A stretch of 64,000 nucleotides of DNA from an uncultured virus (IMG/VR IMGVR_UViG_3300027743_000024). Taxonomy: Duplodnaviria > Heunggongvirae > Uroviricota > Caudoviricetes. Below the pieces are notes generated by a model. It worked only from the letters and a program-made list of their open reading frames with translations, was not told the origin of the DNA and made no database searches. Where the stretch lies: the IMG/VR virus record IMGVR_UViG_3300027743_000024. One strand, written 5' to 3'. The position numbers were made by a program, and so were the translations under genes. Of this stretch, positions 12,001-18,779 are shown piece after piece (the stretch's first letter is position 1; each line of letters opens with the position of its first letter).

Positions 12001-12980
12001 AGATCATCAATACCTTTCATTGATTGAATTCTGATTTGTCTTAAATCATATTCTGAAGGTTGAGGTCCATTAGGATCACCTGTTGGGTTGTATTTTTCAA
12101 ACCAATTTTGTGTTAATTTATTTTTTGCATTTTCAACATTATCTCCTTTTTCAGACATTGTTTCACCATGTCTTGCGCTCCACAATAATGCAATTTGAGT
12201 TGCTGCTGTAAGAGCTGCTGTAACTGGAACGGTTATTTCTGCTGCAGGACCTCCCATTAAACCTTCTGCTGCACCAGTAACTGCAGCTGCGGCTATTTTA
12301 TCTATTGCTTTTTTACCAAATGTAGCAACTAATTGTTGTGCTGCCATTGCACCCATTGATCCAACTCCAGAAGAAAATGTATAAGACATAGCTTCTCCAA
12401 TACCAGCTTTAGCACCTTTAGAATTAACTAAAGCCTCATTTAATCTATATGCCTTAGAAACATATTCACTTTCAATTTCTTGAGCATTTGTTTCAACTCC
12501 TTCTTTTGCATCATCTCTTTCTTTTTCTGCAGCAGCATTTTCTTCATCTATTTTAGATGTTATTTCATTAAGTTTAGCATCATCTATTTTACCAAGTCTT
12601 CTTGCTTTTATCCAATCTTCTCTTAAGTTTTCATTGTTATCAATAATAAGTTGATTGTCATTTACTTTGCTTTGGTATGAAGATTTTTGTGTGCTATCCC
12701 ATGCAGTTTTTAAGCTGTTTAACATACTTTCACTATGAGCTTGAGTTAAGTCCTCATTCTTTAGTGTATTCTCTTCTGATAAATTAACAGACTGATCAGG
12801 CTTAACAAACCCAGAAAACTCTTGTCTACCAATACCTTGAGATACAGGCTCTCCTAGAATATCATTAAGCATTCTGTCAGTTTTTGACACAATATCTTCA
12901 GATGCTTCTGGAGTTGGAGTTTCTTTATTATTTTCTTGATTGTTATTATTACGTATCTGATCTAGTATGTTATTTAGCAT
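12..12980 (-). CDS. Virion-packaged RNA polymerase polyprotein (crAss-like two-barrel vRNAP) with zincin-like, J-domain, P-loop and ART-like accessory domains
   Basis: 4322 aa; catalytic GADFDID motif (4116-4130) preceded by YRIPTQ; HEAFH zincin motif (8400-8414); FHPDK J-domain motif; GHPTIGKS P-loop; YHGT...GLYFS ART-like motif; located after cargo genes as in crAss-like phages. Confidence 0.9.
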   Translation of the reverse strand: MLNNILDQIRNNNNQENNKETPTPEASEDIVSKTDRMLNDILGEPVSQGIGRQEFSGFVKPDQSVNLSEENTLKNEDLTQAHSESMLNSLKTAWDSTQKSSYQSKVNDNQLIIDNNENLREDWIKARRLGKIDDAKLNEITSKIDEENAAAEKERDDAKEGVETNAQEIESEYVSKAYRLNEALVNSKGAKAGIGEAMSYTFSSGVGSMGAMAAQQLVATFGKKAIDKIAAAAVTGAAEGLMGGPAAEITVPVTAALTAATQIALLWSARHGETMSEKGDNVENAKNKLTQNWFEKYNPTGDPNGPQPSEYDLRQIRIQSMKGIDDLEKENMSLLAMDGIEMMIGSSLFKGSSFFKGAERLGGYNKYSRLGKTAGFAYLGGTGEKLEEGLQYAAGQRQFDKALNLNQYEDKGFMQNLLTDSEDTFKSINYSLPYMGSGESNMGGRYSENEEFQAAAEAGGLLGMIGSGIGASVRIAKDINTYVQTSKDLKTGGIANVDEKIFKLKDELYKKHFENGTVNFLLEGVRNLKDNKDEKGQPLMSDEQAGEEVNNIINAYNKYKEVEDHLENIDPNGFLGMFTSPEQKVMLAKAKSELFYSTMAIERNSKQLGVVETVENISNLISHQEKIVNAIENTVDDNKLSKTYNLESRLKIARAKLAELNKRKEEILSLNGMSEKDLPESSVDQSNKNKEYLINNVNLSEITAKYNELLKIKDNKTLKAWYDKQVKEKVEKDNAIKQTEETKKREEAAAQFDSESEMNAQMNAEAAASTSEKKKVDKNSVKVGDRVIVTHNGKEQEVTVTDVNHNISFDDNETPVHSVYYRADDTSGKKDLISKEEDDALRGESTDFKMKIIEAPKAVINAVEVVTEVPQGVITKDVSEEIYMYPDTKTGSKSNVERERISGLTKGELLSSDQVQEIIDRSEAKGEDINDIIYIDAVDYTDNKGVVSKSVRIKIGDNVLGYFPNNLDPKSVMYQIINSIKAGTALDNKAVKALGIGINISNGRVAVSEKAVSLASLNDIVKTNGSYVIFDQQTAEAQEAGAEPVMISSAGIKESSEDAVLPQEFKSLGRYILAFKNKSGKRMFIPVSPIEIGQESVNEIFNKLRSISDKVVNKEVTQDEVDKLNKEISDGLFISVSKESIKSMGKGAISVKIGIAPNGDLRAIVSHVEKTPGGKKVVKVDGEVHIKNSDMKTITTSDALLAELTSKLNKKKVSVTLDVKSFRQSISKSFKGDPGTSFQTYTDPKVIDKQDVKITLNQTAAAIKTVDTVTVTPAKSNDIGMFDENGNFVEAPITATPVSTPSSPTTDIKADIEKLKQTPEGKEIENRRSLTTVSDEVADENNYDGYSENSMSPSGSDEWIKTGEWYGTYINKNGEKEQILANSEKELLDTLNAKYDAELAALEGGKTSAKAKQSESVAAEIKTETKAEERARKKAEQINAKPQAPKLDDAGAARMSDGIADELISKEEIEEIEEMIPEGIRIETKKDLRRIIRSTIKNRTVWGAFKKNVIYLWNQSASGTGYHEAFHAVFRYAISDKEVDMYLRIAEKEVIAKYKTAENINKAMDELRASNMDYAELSQNQIYALLLEEHMADRFMAWKKNAKEASKTTKVGLIQLFKRLTRLFNYITGNDKLDAFFGKIDRGAFSSTKAVANKQTLVSETAYKNLMAGENSFIDSTKSKKMINTFAARTKYILSNWNGKGEKPERDEVLEDLIEERIEALETSGYDYIDSLEDKALAIKLEKSIDDELFTLRNEVAKGLLTEQVNKKLDMFKIEKDDVSEEDSKYNDDEKGGETGFGSQESWTISLEESSSKLMREWITFAMYEAIDELTNQKVMVSVDGPTIYNGIGHVLANTDEDKMIEKFIVYAKDNAQAKAVLDMIMSNAQVSYDSQGVMVSKMRNNNDLRMFITAFKNAKVTFLHTEFMPRYDFSTGLLTSNKVKTYNANINTAEKISLQKWANSLINIRNNNQTDRAFWTERVNNVIDEFNENKDVLISDEQLDAQIVKVQDAFRMLGFDFSSGYLRYSLLKSKTKISESQKNDMDMFGDREPLDISFLKADSSGMTFLNLVSNNKDPYDKQGFGIRATISKYAVANGMFDESLAASNFKGSDNNTRHDIIKPSYVLDEALKIKNNPSYREFLKNKYEILKDNILFKDDSTLNGLVINLIDGIRDHTRSTNEGKVFGDFSEREYLLQHLGFWFSQTKGMVETLFRQNEASNTAYTSTMKIRNFIGEDGEVNTQGVDTVYSFFEGEYNRIARESKSGLGNVKGYNDSKTGRAFRFTEFSNMLSVVGPEKYNEITESARKGKEISEELKAEIKEALKKSLTSQIVAFKKMLANNKLISLKDGKLESNYALPTHLLDKDAALSKEELDQQLKEMYINDYVNSFSLNQLFDGDYALSRDDKGVKKYSDGSLMKYTFVNGKLAEAKQDDATAIEVEAPKQELAIDIVKRHKGAMGSGSDLGKGEHVIAFIKDINVYVEKLPVNGQLVRTDKKDGTSKINSNDAQSLSSINHIIFMAKRLGRRTNEIRAILNKVRRGIEINAKEQEALESAQVSLNPWKTVTFGREFYIKTSESIIHRHEVSHVDNQAEYDKLMDELEKAELNEDFSREDLIKINKKLVALYSPIKGKEQLHKILNQMDINGIDQVVAESASKGYTLTPQDSLSKDLDLSKSMIKIPNRYKRLQVETPTGKNVITSGTQLMQLIDSEQNDLFEVTLPDGSVQTLRDIRLSYRSNMAKTRDNSFKMAQSYIKNISGKVREAGDSEAIDTSKLKVKFLKALEASGADEQLLQIFELNWNLLPAIDKAEQLFLAHFGSGVLSQKVPGTKVSLVSDAHTFVVVDKNNKVIMNKTVKANRGAYDGNKVRKLLHNVKDPVTGQVYSECILSEKVFSKFGLKIGDEIPVDVATMLGYRIPTQDKSFMTSLRVVDVMPNYAEGSGIFPAELVLLSGADFDIDSLFIQQPSFWMKDGKAIKAGTETTLDDKWSSYKSYLEKNKLFKAELIDRKINSLVYSTLKATKNKTEEQKKALRKIDNDITIETMKFFGLPSNKNEYALTSGLNNDALNNDILDQQLIMLTNKGLEDIQLTSVSSESLENVAKVIQTLKGTYNEIEQSSSSLLGMIKSFVQNSAGKAGIGPSANAIQAFAFLAKNDIGRIGRFLSVNGQELQKFSYINKSKKRIADVLSSVLSIMTDNAKDPIAGKIGLSLEILSPFNYMLSLGVSEEDAAVIINAPSIQAYAQMLKENKYGIKTQAEEKGSRDIKMQAILQEIVGTEEKVNLNRLIKMYKYSDVNTENIKDLIQNGVNDNNRDVNIMAFVKFLQIEEEAKSFQYLNNLIKLTKGLPTSFTDAEKSIKDSLDGLMLSGMFGLEQINEKNPAFILHGAILEDKLLMENIKKALLILDHSEAIFVSETKPFKAALKTLMANLRPGLKNDEIREIKRTFLGFVTTRAYVKWMKEKKRGNPDFNPSNDSLLFSEFKEKTLAKQLIEMQNSTNPRISNNAFVKWLRPEIKFNEEGIEVDGKIEFDRVSGKSFIKLSAESINDIVNSFQDLYMNEETRDFAVNCFQYLITKDNLEFKNDSFVKYISPFMFENVSVGLDNVLSNLINKTDENGFNSESEEFRKILNSYLPTQKRFTRKMPQEAFGIKAFVEKDSKEYGAVTLENGKVTFSVNNENGNESFDKVKHMNEMRFESKDMMPGEEPTKAEKVKEIKVEEKAEVKIEDEESLIKILDDIKLFETKDVNEAKEFITNVFNSISTIKDAKRAYRTLSFKFHPDKNNSVEAEEIFKFLNNTNESFREGDKKQAFGSDSFWTSFDAKSFGTRKHFKFPEFIVIKIGKVSKLFKTDIGTYTEKWALTAEYNEVEFFGYDTVSPFSKQSYNEAIASWHIIKNIKASRAEKAAQKEDFGPAVTKIGKATNAPKSAQSLDAIEEALKKGESFMTKEEGGNDQLKKSDKIVFGHPTIGKSFLKKDGDNRFISLDDDYSTEINNKVNKIAETYKVTPYQVKDGGSQVWNKEYNTIMQELFDVAKQKAISENKILFTSNTELLKNNLDSFDKVINLTDAEFERRIQERGAKYDTKNWKDQINKVISKVDPNKIITTNKYLSDFMTKEEKGETQTSTSVKEGVSELFESNPELAKLGTIEQYSQYLDTIFPDSQVKDIVYHGTDAEFDKFDFTKEGKRNKGQGLYFSVFKKAAENYGKNIIPSLLNSKSIKEVNITRGQNYGDIGKVFKNSNYDTVYGFSDLNRNKEFNDIYNSEYVVFEPEQIHILGSKQDIEGFKEFVTQPSTSVKESTEKLQESEKKTILVGNPKFDKQKEELLMDVS

Positions 12981-12981
12981 A

Positions 12982-13539
12982 TTATTTTAATTCCTTTAAT
13001 TTATTATTAAATGTGTTTAAGTAATCTTTAATTGGAACATTCTTTGGAACCTTCTTCTCTCTTGATTGTATTGAATCATTAACAGCTTGTTGAGCTTTAT
13101 CATAATCTGGTTTACCAGTTAAAGCTTTTGAATCATTCAAGCTCTTTAAATAAACATCAGCATCTCCTGCTCCTAAATAATGTGTTAACATCATTAATGT
13201 TTCATCTGGAACATTAAGATTGTATTTAGATTTATATTGAGCTACATTAGCTTTATATTGTTGTCCTAAATAATTTTGATATTTTTCTTGAGCTGATGGA
13301 TTATTTAAATAATCTTCTCTAGTTTTAACTCCAGTTATTTCTTCTATTTTAGATATTTTTTGATTTTTATTGGGCTCACCATGTATGCTCCATATATGCT
13401 GGTATTTACCTGTTGCAGTACTTCCAGGATTATCTTCAGGCTTATAATTATTTCCAGATTCAGTACCTCCAACTACATTGTTAAACCTATCTATTGTTAC
13501 ATCCCCAGAGGATTGCTGTTGTCCTGCTGGGTTGACTGC
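12982..13539 (-). CDS. Lysozyme/lytic-transglycosylase-like domain, -1 frameshift extension of the 786-aa cargo protein
   Basis: Frame open from the GGGAAAG site to 12982 with no start until 13194; translates GGTESGNNY...STATGKYQ...THYLGAG, matching lysozyme-like ES / GxYQ / Y-x-G motifs. Confidence 0.75.
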   Translation of the reverse strand, partial: AVNPAGQQQSSGDVTIDRFNNVVGGTESGNNYKPEDNPGSTATGKYQHIWSIHGEPNKNQKISKIEEITGVKTREDYLNNPSAQEKYQNYLGQQYKANVAQYKSKYNLNVPDETLMMLTHYLGAGDADVYLKSLNDSKALTGKPDYDKAQQAVNDSIQSREKKVPKNVPIKDYLNTFNNKLKELK

Positions 13540-15857
13540 TTTCCCATGCTTGACCCTCCTGCTTCTCCTCCTTGAGAACCACTTGGATACATTACATTAT
13601 AAGCATCTGGATCTGTAAGCCTTAGTTTAATTTGAAACAACACTTTTGCTTTATCAGCCTTGCTCATTTTTTTATCTTCTAACACTTGAACTTTTGCCAA
13701 GTTTAATGCTGTTTGTTCTTTCTGACTTGGAGCAGCTATTTTTTGACCTGTTTGAGGGTCTACATATTTTCCAGACATTATATCATTATAATCTTTATCA
13801 AAATTTGTTATTGTTTGATCAGGATTAGCTTCAAATTGTTTTTGGAATTTGTTTGCTTTTTTCTCTAGCTTATATAAATACAATTGGCTATTAACTTCTT
13901 GCGTTTGCTGAGGAACAACTCCTGCAACCCATTGATGATATCCACCAGCCATATTAGATGTTACATTTCTTACTGCATTTTCTGTATTTTGACCCATTAC
14001 TGGAGTTGTAATATGAAATACATAACCTTCAACTGCAACATCTTCTCCTTGTGCATTTGTTTTATGCAATGTGTGTGGATGTATTAAACCTTGCTTTTCA
14101 AGTTCTTCAAATCCACCTCCAGGTAAAATATCATTATCTGGAGAAATGGTTCTCATTTGCTCTGTAGATGCAAATACATCTCCACTAAGTAATGAGTTTC
14201 CAATATCATCTCCAGTAAAATTCTTTCCAGCTGCTGGCATAAAAGTAATTTCTCCTTTTATGTTATTTAACATTGAATTCATTAATGATATTGATTCAGC
14301 GTCACCAATTTTATCTATTTTTGCATTTATATCTTTATCATCTAAATCAACATCAGCTTTTGCTGCATCTTTTTTCAATTGAATATATCTTGGATCTTTT
14401 TCATTTATACTTGCAAATTTGTTTTTATAGTATTCAGTTTTTTCAAATTCTTTTTCATCCATAACTCTTTCTTTGCCTGTTCTTGAATCATACTCAACAT
14501 ACTGAGCCTCCATTTGCATAAGCCCTGAATTTCTTCCAGGTCTTTTTGAGTATATTTTTTCAGAATAATTAGGTCCAGATCCAGTAATATATTTTGCATC
14601 TAAATTATTTCTTGCTTCAGCCTGAGACTCTGGTAAAACTTTTAATAATTCTGCGTTTTCTTTTTTAATTTGAATCTCTTTTGCTTTTAAAGGGATTGTT
14701 CTTCCAATTAATGCATTTTCTTCAGCTTGTTCAGGAGTGTTTCCAGCATTGCCAACATTTAAATAAAAATCTCTTCCAGTTGCATTTACAGTTACATGAC
14801 CACTTTTATCTGATGTTCCACCAATAATTGCAGCAGCTTGATCTCCATTTACCATTGCTCCTCCAGTTTCATGAGCTTCTCTAACAATGTTTAAAGTTGG
14901 ATTATCTACAGGACCAGCCTCTTTCTTTGTTCTACCACCACCTCCACCACCAGTAGAGTCATCTTTAGGAACTTTAGTTGTGTATAAAAGTTTTTGTGTC
15001 TCAGTTTCTTCTCTTTTTGTTTTTAAATAATTGTCAACAAATATATCTAATGGATCATTATTATCATCCCACTGAGAACCTTTTTCAATAACATTACCAT
15101 TTTCATCTAAAATGTCTTTACCAAATATTTGCTTATGCCTAAGCTTATTATAACCAAATGGATCAAGAGCTCTAAAGCTTGCATCATTCATTAATGGCTG
15201 TGCAATTTTCCTAAGCTCATCTCTTGTTACATTTCTTACAATTTTAGTTCCATTTTGTATATAACTTATTGATCCATCTGGATTAAACTGTTTTTCAAGT
15301 GATCCATCTGGATTAATTTGCTGTTCAATTACATCTTGTATTTGATCATAATAAGGCTTAAATATTTTTTGTGTATCAGGAGGAGCCATTGCAGCATAAT
15401 GATCAGCTGTAAATGGTTTATCAGTAACTTGATTATATTCTCCTTTATCATAATCAAAATAATCTTGAGCAACTTGTCTGTCTTTATCTGCAGTTATAAT
15501 TGCATCTGCACCAGCACTTAATGTTTTATCAGTTAATATACCTTGATAATATGGATTTGCTTCTAATTGATTTTTATATGCTTTAATTTTATTTTTAACT
15601 TGACCATAATCTTTTGTCTCAACAGCTTCATCAACAACACTTTTTAGGAAATTGTTTTTCTCATTCTCTAGTCCTTGAGCAACAGTTTTTGTACTATTTC
15701 CACCAGTTATTACTGGAGCATCAGCAACTGCTGCCATAGCATCATCATATTTCTTTTGCTGTTCTTTGTAGCCAAGTTCTATTTCTTTTAAAGGAAGAGG
15801 CACATATGAGCTTACCCAAGGTTGTTGATCATATGTTTTGTCAAATCTATTTGCCAT
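13497..15857 (-). CDS. Virion cargo/ejection protein (786 aa)
   Basis: ORF between cargo protein 1 and vRNAP; N-terminal YVPLP motif; gene order typical of crAss-like phages. Confidence 0.6.
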   Translation of the reverse strand: MANRFDKTYDQQPWVSSYVPLPLKEIELGYKEQQKKYDDAMAAVADAPVITGGNSTKTVAQGLENEKNNFLKSVVDEAVETKDYGQVKNKIKAYKNQLEANPYYQGILTDKTLSAGADAIITADKDRQVAQDYFDYDKGEYNQVTDKPFTADHYAAMAPPDTQKIFKPYYDQIQDVIEQQINPDGSLEKQFNPDGSISYIQNGTKIVRNVTRDELRKIAQPLMNDASFRALDPFGYNKLRHKQIFGKDILDENGNVIEKGSQWDDNNDPLDIFVDNYLKTKREETETQKLLYTTKVPKDDSTGGGGGGRTKKEAGPVDNPTLNIVREAHETGGAMVNGDQAAAIIGGTSDKSGHVTVNATGRDFYLNVGNAGNTPEQAEENALIGRTIPLKAKEIQIKKENAELLKVLPESQAEARNNLDAKYITGSGPNYSEKIYSKRPGRNSGLMQMEAQYVEYDSRTGKERVMDEKEFEKTEYYKNKFASINEKDPRYIQLKKDAAKADVDLDDKDINAKIDKIGDAESISLMNSMLNNIKGEITFMPAAGKNFTGDDIGNSLLSGDVFASTEQMRTISPDNDILPGGGFEELEKQGLIHPHTLHKTNAQGEDVAVEGYVFHITTPVMGQNTENAVRNVTSNMAGGYHQWVAGVVPQQTQEVNSQLYLYKLEKKANKFQKQFEANPDQTITNFDKDYNDIMSGKYVDPQTGQKIAAPSQKEQTALNLAKVQVLEDKKMSKADKAKVLFQIKLRLTDPDAYNVMYPSGSQGGEAGGSSMGKQSTQQDNSNPLGM
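13504..13559 (-). promoter_or_regulatory. -1 programmed ribosomal frameshift signal
   Basis: In-frame G GGA AAG (13545-13539), 7-nt spacer, hairpin CCCAG-C-AGGA/TCCT-CTGGG (13531-13504), GGAGG 9 nt upstream. Confidence 0.75.
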
Positions 15858-15859
15858 AA

Positions 15860-18670
15860 TTATTTCTTAGTTTTACTATTTTTTTTCTTATCTTCTTTAT
15901 ATTTAGCATATGCTTGTGGATATTCTCTTTCCATAAAATCTATATAGTCTTGATCATATCTAGTTTGCTTAGAATCTCTATTAACATTTGCAAGACTTGT
16001 TCCAATGTCTCCAATGTATTTAGTATTTAGATTTCTATAGTTTGCTAAATCTGCATCACGTTTATCAATTGATTTGTTTGCATAATCTGCAGCAGTTTCA
16101 GCATTTCTATTCATTATCTGAGCATTTGCATTATCATATCTTTCTTGTACTTGAGCTTTTGCTAAAGCATTTCTTGCTGAAACAGAACTTAAGTTACCAA
16201 GTTGTTGACCAACATTTCCACCAGTCATATCTTTTAAAGCTTTTCTTGCAGCATTAGCTTCAATGTTTGCTTGTCTCATAGCTTCAGTACTATTCATTAA
16301 TGATGCTTGTGGTGCAACATAGTTTTGCAATGCAGGTTTTTTATTTGAAATTAATCCTGCTATTGGTCCAGCTAATTGAGCTGCTGCTGCAGCGTAGTCT
16401 GCATAGTTAGAATAGTCTTTAGGGTCTGGAGGTGGTTGTTGACCTGCTCCTTTAGCTGCCATTCCTTGCTCAGTAACTTTTCTAACATCATTTTCATATT
16501 GCAATCTATCTGATTCTCTTGGTGTCATAAAAGGAGAAGGAGTTGAAGAAACTCTTGGATATATATTATTATATGAAGGAGTTTGTGCAACAGTTGTAGG
16601 TGCAGTTTGAGGCTGTTGTCCAGTTGCTGCTGATTCATTTGCTTGTCCTCTTCTATTCATGTCTTCCCAAGCTAATTGATTTTGCTCTTCTTTAGTTATG
16701 AATGGAGCATTAGTTTGATTTGGATTTGCAAATCCTGGCGCTCCAGAATATTCAGGTTTAGGAAAATATGGTGTATACCAATTTGGAGTTATACCATTCT
16801 CATACATAGGAAGTCCTTGTTCACCACCCATTTCATGTTTCCATTTAGCAGCATTTCTAGCAAAGTTAGCCATTTGTCTTACATGTGCATTTGGACTTTG
16901 TAATGCCTCTGCAGTTGTCTTACCAGTTCTTTCTTTGTAAGCAGTAAACTTACCTCTGTTTTCTGGTTTAATATGAATACCACCATCTTTATATTCTACA
17001 GCTTCTTCATCATATATTGGCATTTGAGCACCATGTTTAGCCATAACCATTTCATTTTGAGATTGATCAGGCATTCCTTGAGGTCCTGACATTCCATTAT
17101 TTTTAGAAGGTATCATACCATTCTTTAATGCCTTACGTTCTTCATTGTTAGCAATAACATATTTTTGTAATTCATTTAATTTTTCTTTTTTCATTGCTAA
17201 TGTTGGCAACATTAGGTTAGCCATTGTTTTAGAATATTTATCTCCAGATTCAGCTTTCTTAGTAAACTTGTTTTCCATTTTTGCAATAGCATCAATATCC
17301 TTAGTAAACTTATTGCCTGTCATAGGATTAATTGTTTTACCATTAATAATAGAACCAGGAGCCATATTAATAGGCATTCCTCCATTTGCATGACTAGCTC
17401 CATTAGTTTTATAAGTAGGAGTGCCATATGGATTGTTAGAAGCTAATTCAACTCCACCACCACCAAATGTTTGTGGAGGTGTATTTGATGTAATCATTTC
17501 ATTGCCTTCAACTTCTGCATTTGGCATTTGTGGAACTCCACCCATTGCAAATGTTTGTGATTGATTTTTATTTTGATCAGGATTTGCATAGTAATTATTA
17601 ATTCCAGACTGAATCTGTTGATTCATATATGCTTGTTGTTGAGCTTGTTGTGCAGCAACTTGTTCATCATATGATTTTTTTGCTGCAGCTTGTGCTTCAA
17701 TATTTGCTTTTGCATCTGATTCAACTTGTCTTTGATGTCTACCAGAAAACATTTCAGAATAACCTCCAGTTAATGCACCTGCAACTTTTTCAACATCAGT
17801 TGCGTTTGGGTCACTTTGTAATTCTATCAAAGCTCCTGCTGGATCTAAAAATGCTCCAGCTGCACCAGCAACTTGAGATCCTCCTTTATTAACTAGTTGG
17901 CCTTCAGAATTTGTTTTATCTGCTGAAGCTCTAACCATTTTAGAACCACTATCAACAAGTCCCATTGCTGTTCCAAGTGCTGGATTTATTGCTCCACCAA
18001 CAGCTGTCCCAACACCATAAACTGCATCTCTAGTTGATTGACCTTTTTGCATTGATGTAGCATTTGGATCATTTTGTGTGGTATACATATTCATACCACC
18101 TTTTGCTGCTGCAGCTCCTATATTAACTGCATCTTGAGATGATATTTGACTTTGTTGATTAGCTTTTTGTTGTTGTTTCTGCTCTGTTATTGCAGCAGAT
18201 TCTGCTGGAGCATAATATGGTTTAATTGTTGGATCTTCAGGGACAGTCATTGGAGCCATTCCATCTGGAGTATCTCCGTATGCATACTTAGGCAATTGAA
18301 CACCACCATACTTGTGGTATCTTTGGTAGTCAGACATCATATTGGAAGTTCCAATATTTTTTTCCCAATCCGTTTTAGATATTTGCCTAACACTAGGCAT
18401 TGATGTAATGTTTCCAGATTTGTTTAATTTTAAAAACTCATCTGGAGTTGATTTTACACTACCTTGCCAATATGTTTCAGGCTCACCCTCTAAAAGAATT
18501 TTTTGATATACTGGATAGTTTCTTTGAATGTTTGGATCTATTTTGTTAATATTTCCAGCTGGATTATTTGTTGTTGTAACAGGAGTTAATGGGTCATTAG
18601 GAGTTAATCCAAGTGCATATTTTTTAAGCTTTGGATATTTTTTTGACTTAGATTTTGATGTCTTTTTCAT
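15860..18670 (-). CDS. Virion cargo protein 1-like (936 aa)
   Basis: NAEVEGNE, GASHANGG and IHIKPENRGKFT motifs, Gly/Ala-rich hydrophobic segments, position directly after muzzle gene. Confidence 0.7.
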   Translation of the reverse strand: MKKTSKSKSKKYPKLKKYALGLTPNDPLTPVTTTNNPAGNINKIDPNIQRNYPVYQKILLEGEPETYWQGSVKSTPDEFLKLNKSGNITSMPSVRQISKTDWEKNIGTSNMMSDYQRYHKYGGVQLPKYAYGDTPDGMAPMTVPEDPTIKPYYAPAESAAITEQKQQQKANQQSQISSQDAVNIGAAAAKGGMNMYTTQNDPNATSMQKGQSTRDAVYGVGTAVGGAINPALGTAMGLVDSGSKMVRASADKTNSEGQLVNKGGSQVAGAAGAFLDPAGALIELQSDPNATDVEKVAGALTGGYSEMFSGRHQRQVESDAKANIEAQAAAKKSYDEQVAAQQAQQQAYMNQQIQSGINNYYANPDQNKNQSQTFAMGGVPQMPNAEVEGNEMITSNTPPQTFGGGGVELASNNPYGTPTYKTNGASHANGGMPINMAPGSIINGKTINPMTGNKFTKDIDAIAKMENKFTKKAESGDKYSKTMANLMLPTLAMKKEKLNELQKYVIANNEERKALKNGMIPSKNNGMSGPQGMPDQSQNEMVMAKHGAQMPIYDEEAVEYKDGGIHIKPENRGKFTAYKERTGKTTAEALQSPNAHVRQMANFARNAAKWKHEMGGEQGLPMYENGITPNWYTPYFPKPEYSGAPGFANPNQTNAPFITKEEQNQLAWEDMNRRGQANESAATGQQPQTAPTTVAQTPSYNNIYPRVSSTPSPFMTPRESDRLQYENDVRKVTEQGMAAKGAGQQPPPDPKDYSNYADYAAAAAQLAGPIAGLISNKKPALQNYVAPQASLMNSTEAMRQANIEANAARKALKDMTGGNVGQQLGNLSSVSARNALAKAQVQERYDNANAQIMNRNAETAADYANKSIDKRDADLANYRNLNTKYIGDIGTSLANVNRDSKQTRYDQDYIDFMEREYPQAYAKYKEDKKKNSKTKK

Positions 18671-18717
18671 GTATAATTTGTTTTATTATAAACTTCCCAT
18701 TCCCTATAATATATAAC

Positions 18718-18750
18718 AATATACGGAATGTCATTGTAATAAACAACTTA
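18718..18750 (-). promoter_or_regulatory. Putative late promoter (TAAGTTG-N20-TATATT)
   Basis: TAAG TTGTTT N17 TATATT, 48 nt upstream of the cargo gene; one of 7 copies. Confidence 0.7.
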
Positions 18751-18779
18751 TTCCGTACATTATTTTATAATAAGACTTG

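Noticed and set aside
12982..13194. Stand-alone 70-aa gene
   Set aside because: The ES and GKYQ motifs lie upstream of its ATG in the same frame; better explained as a frameshift extension.
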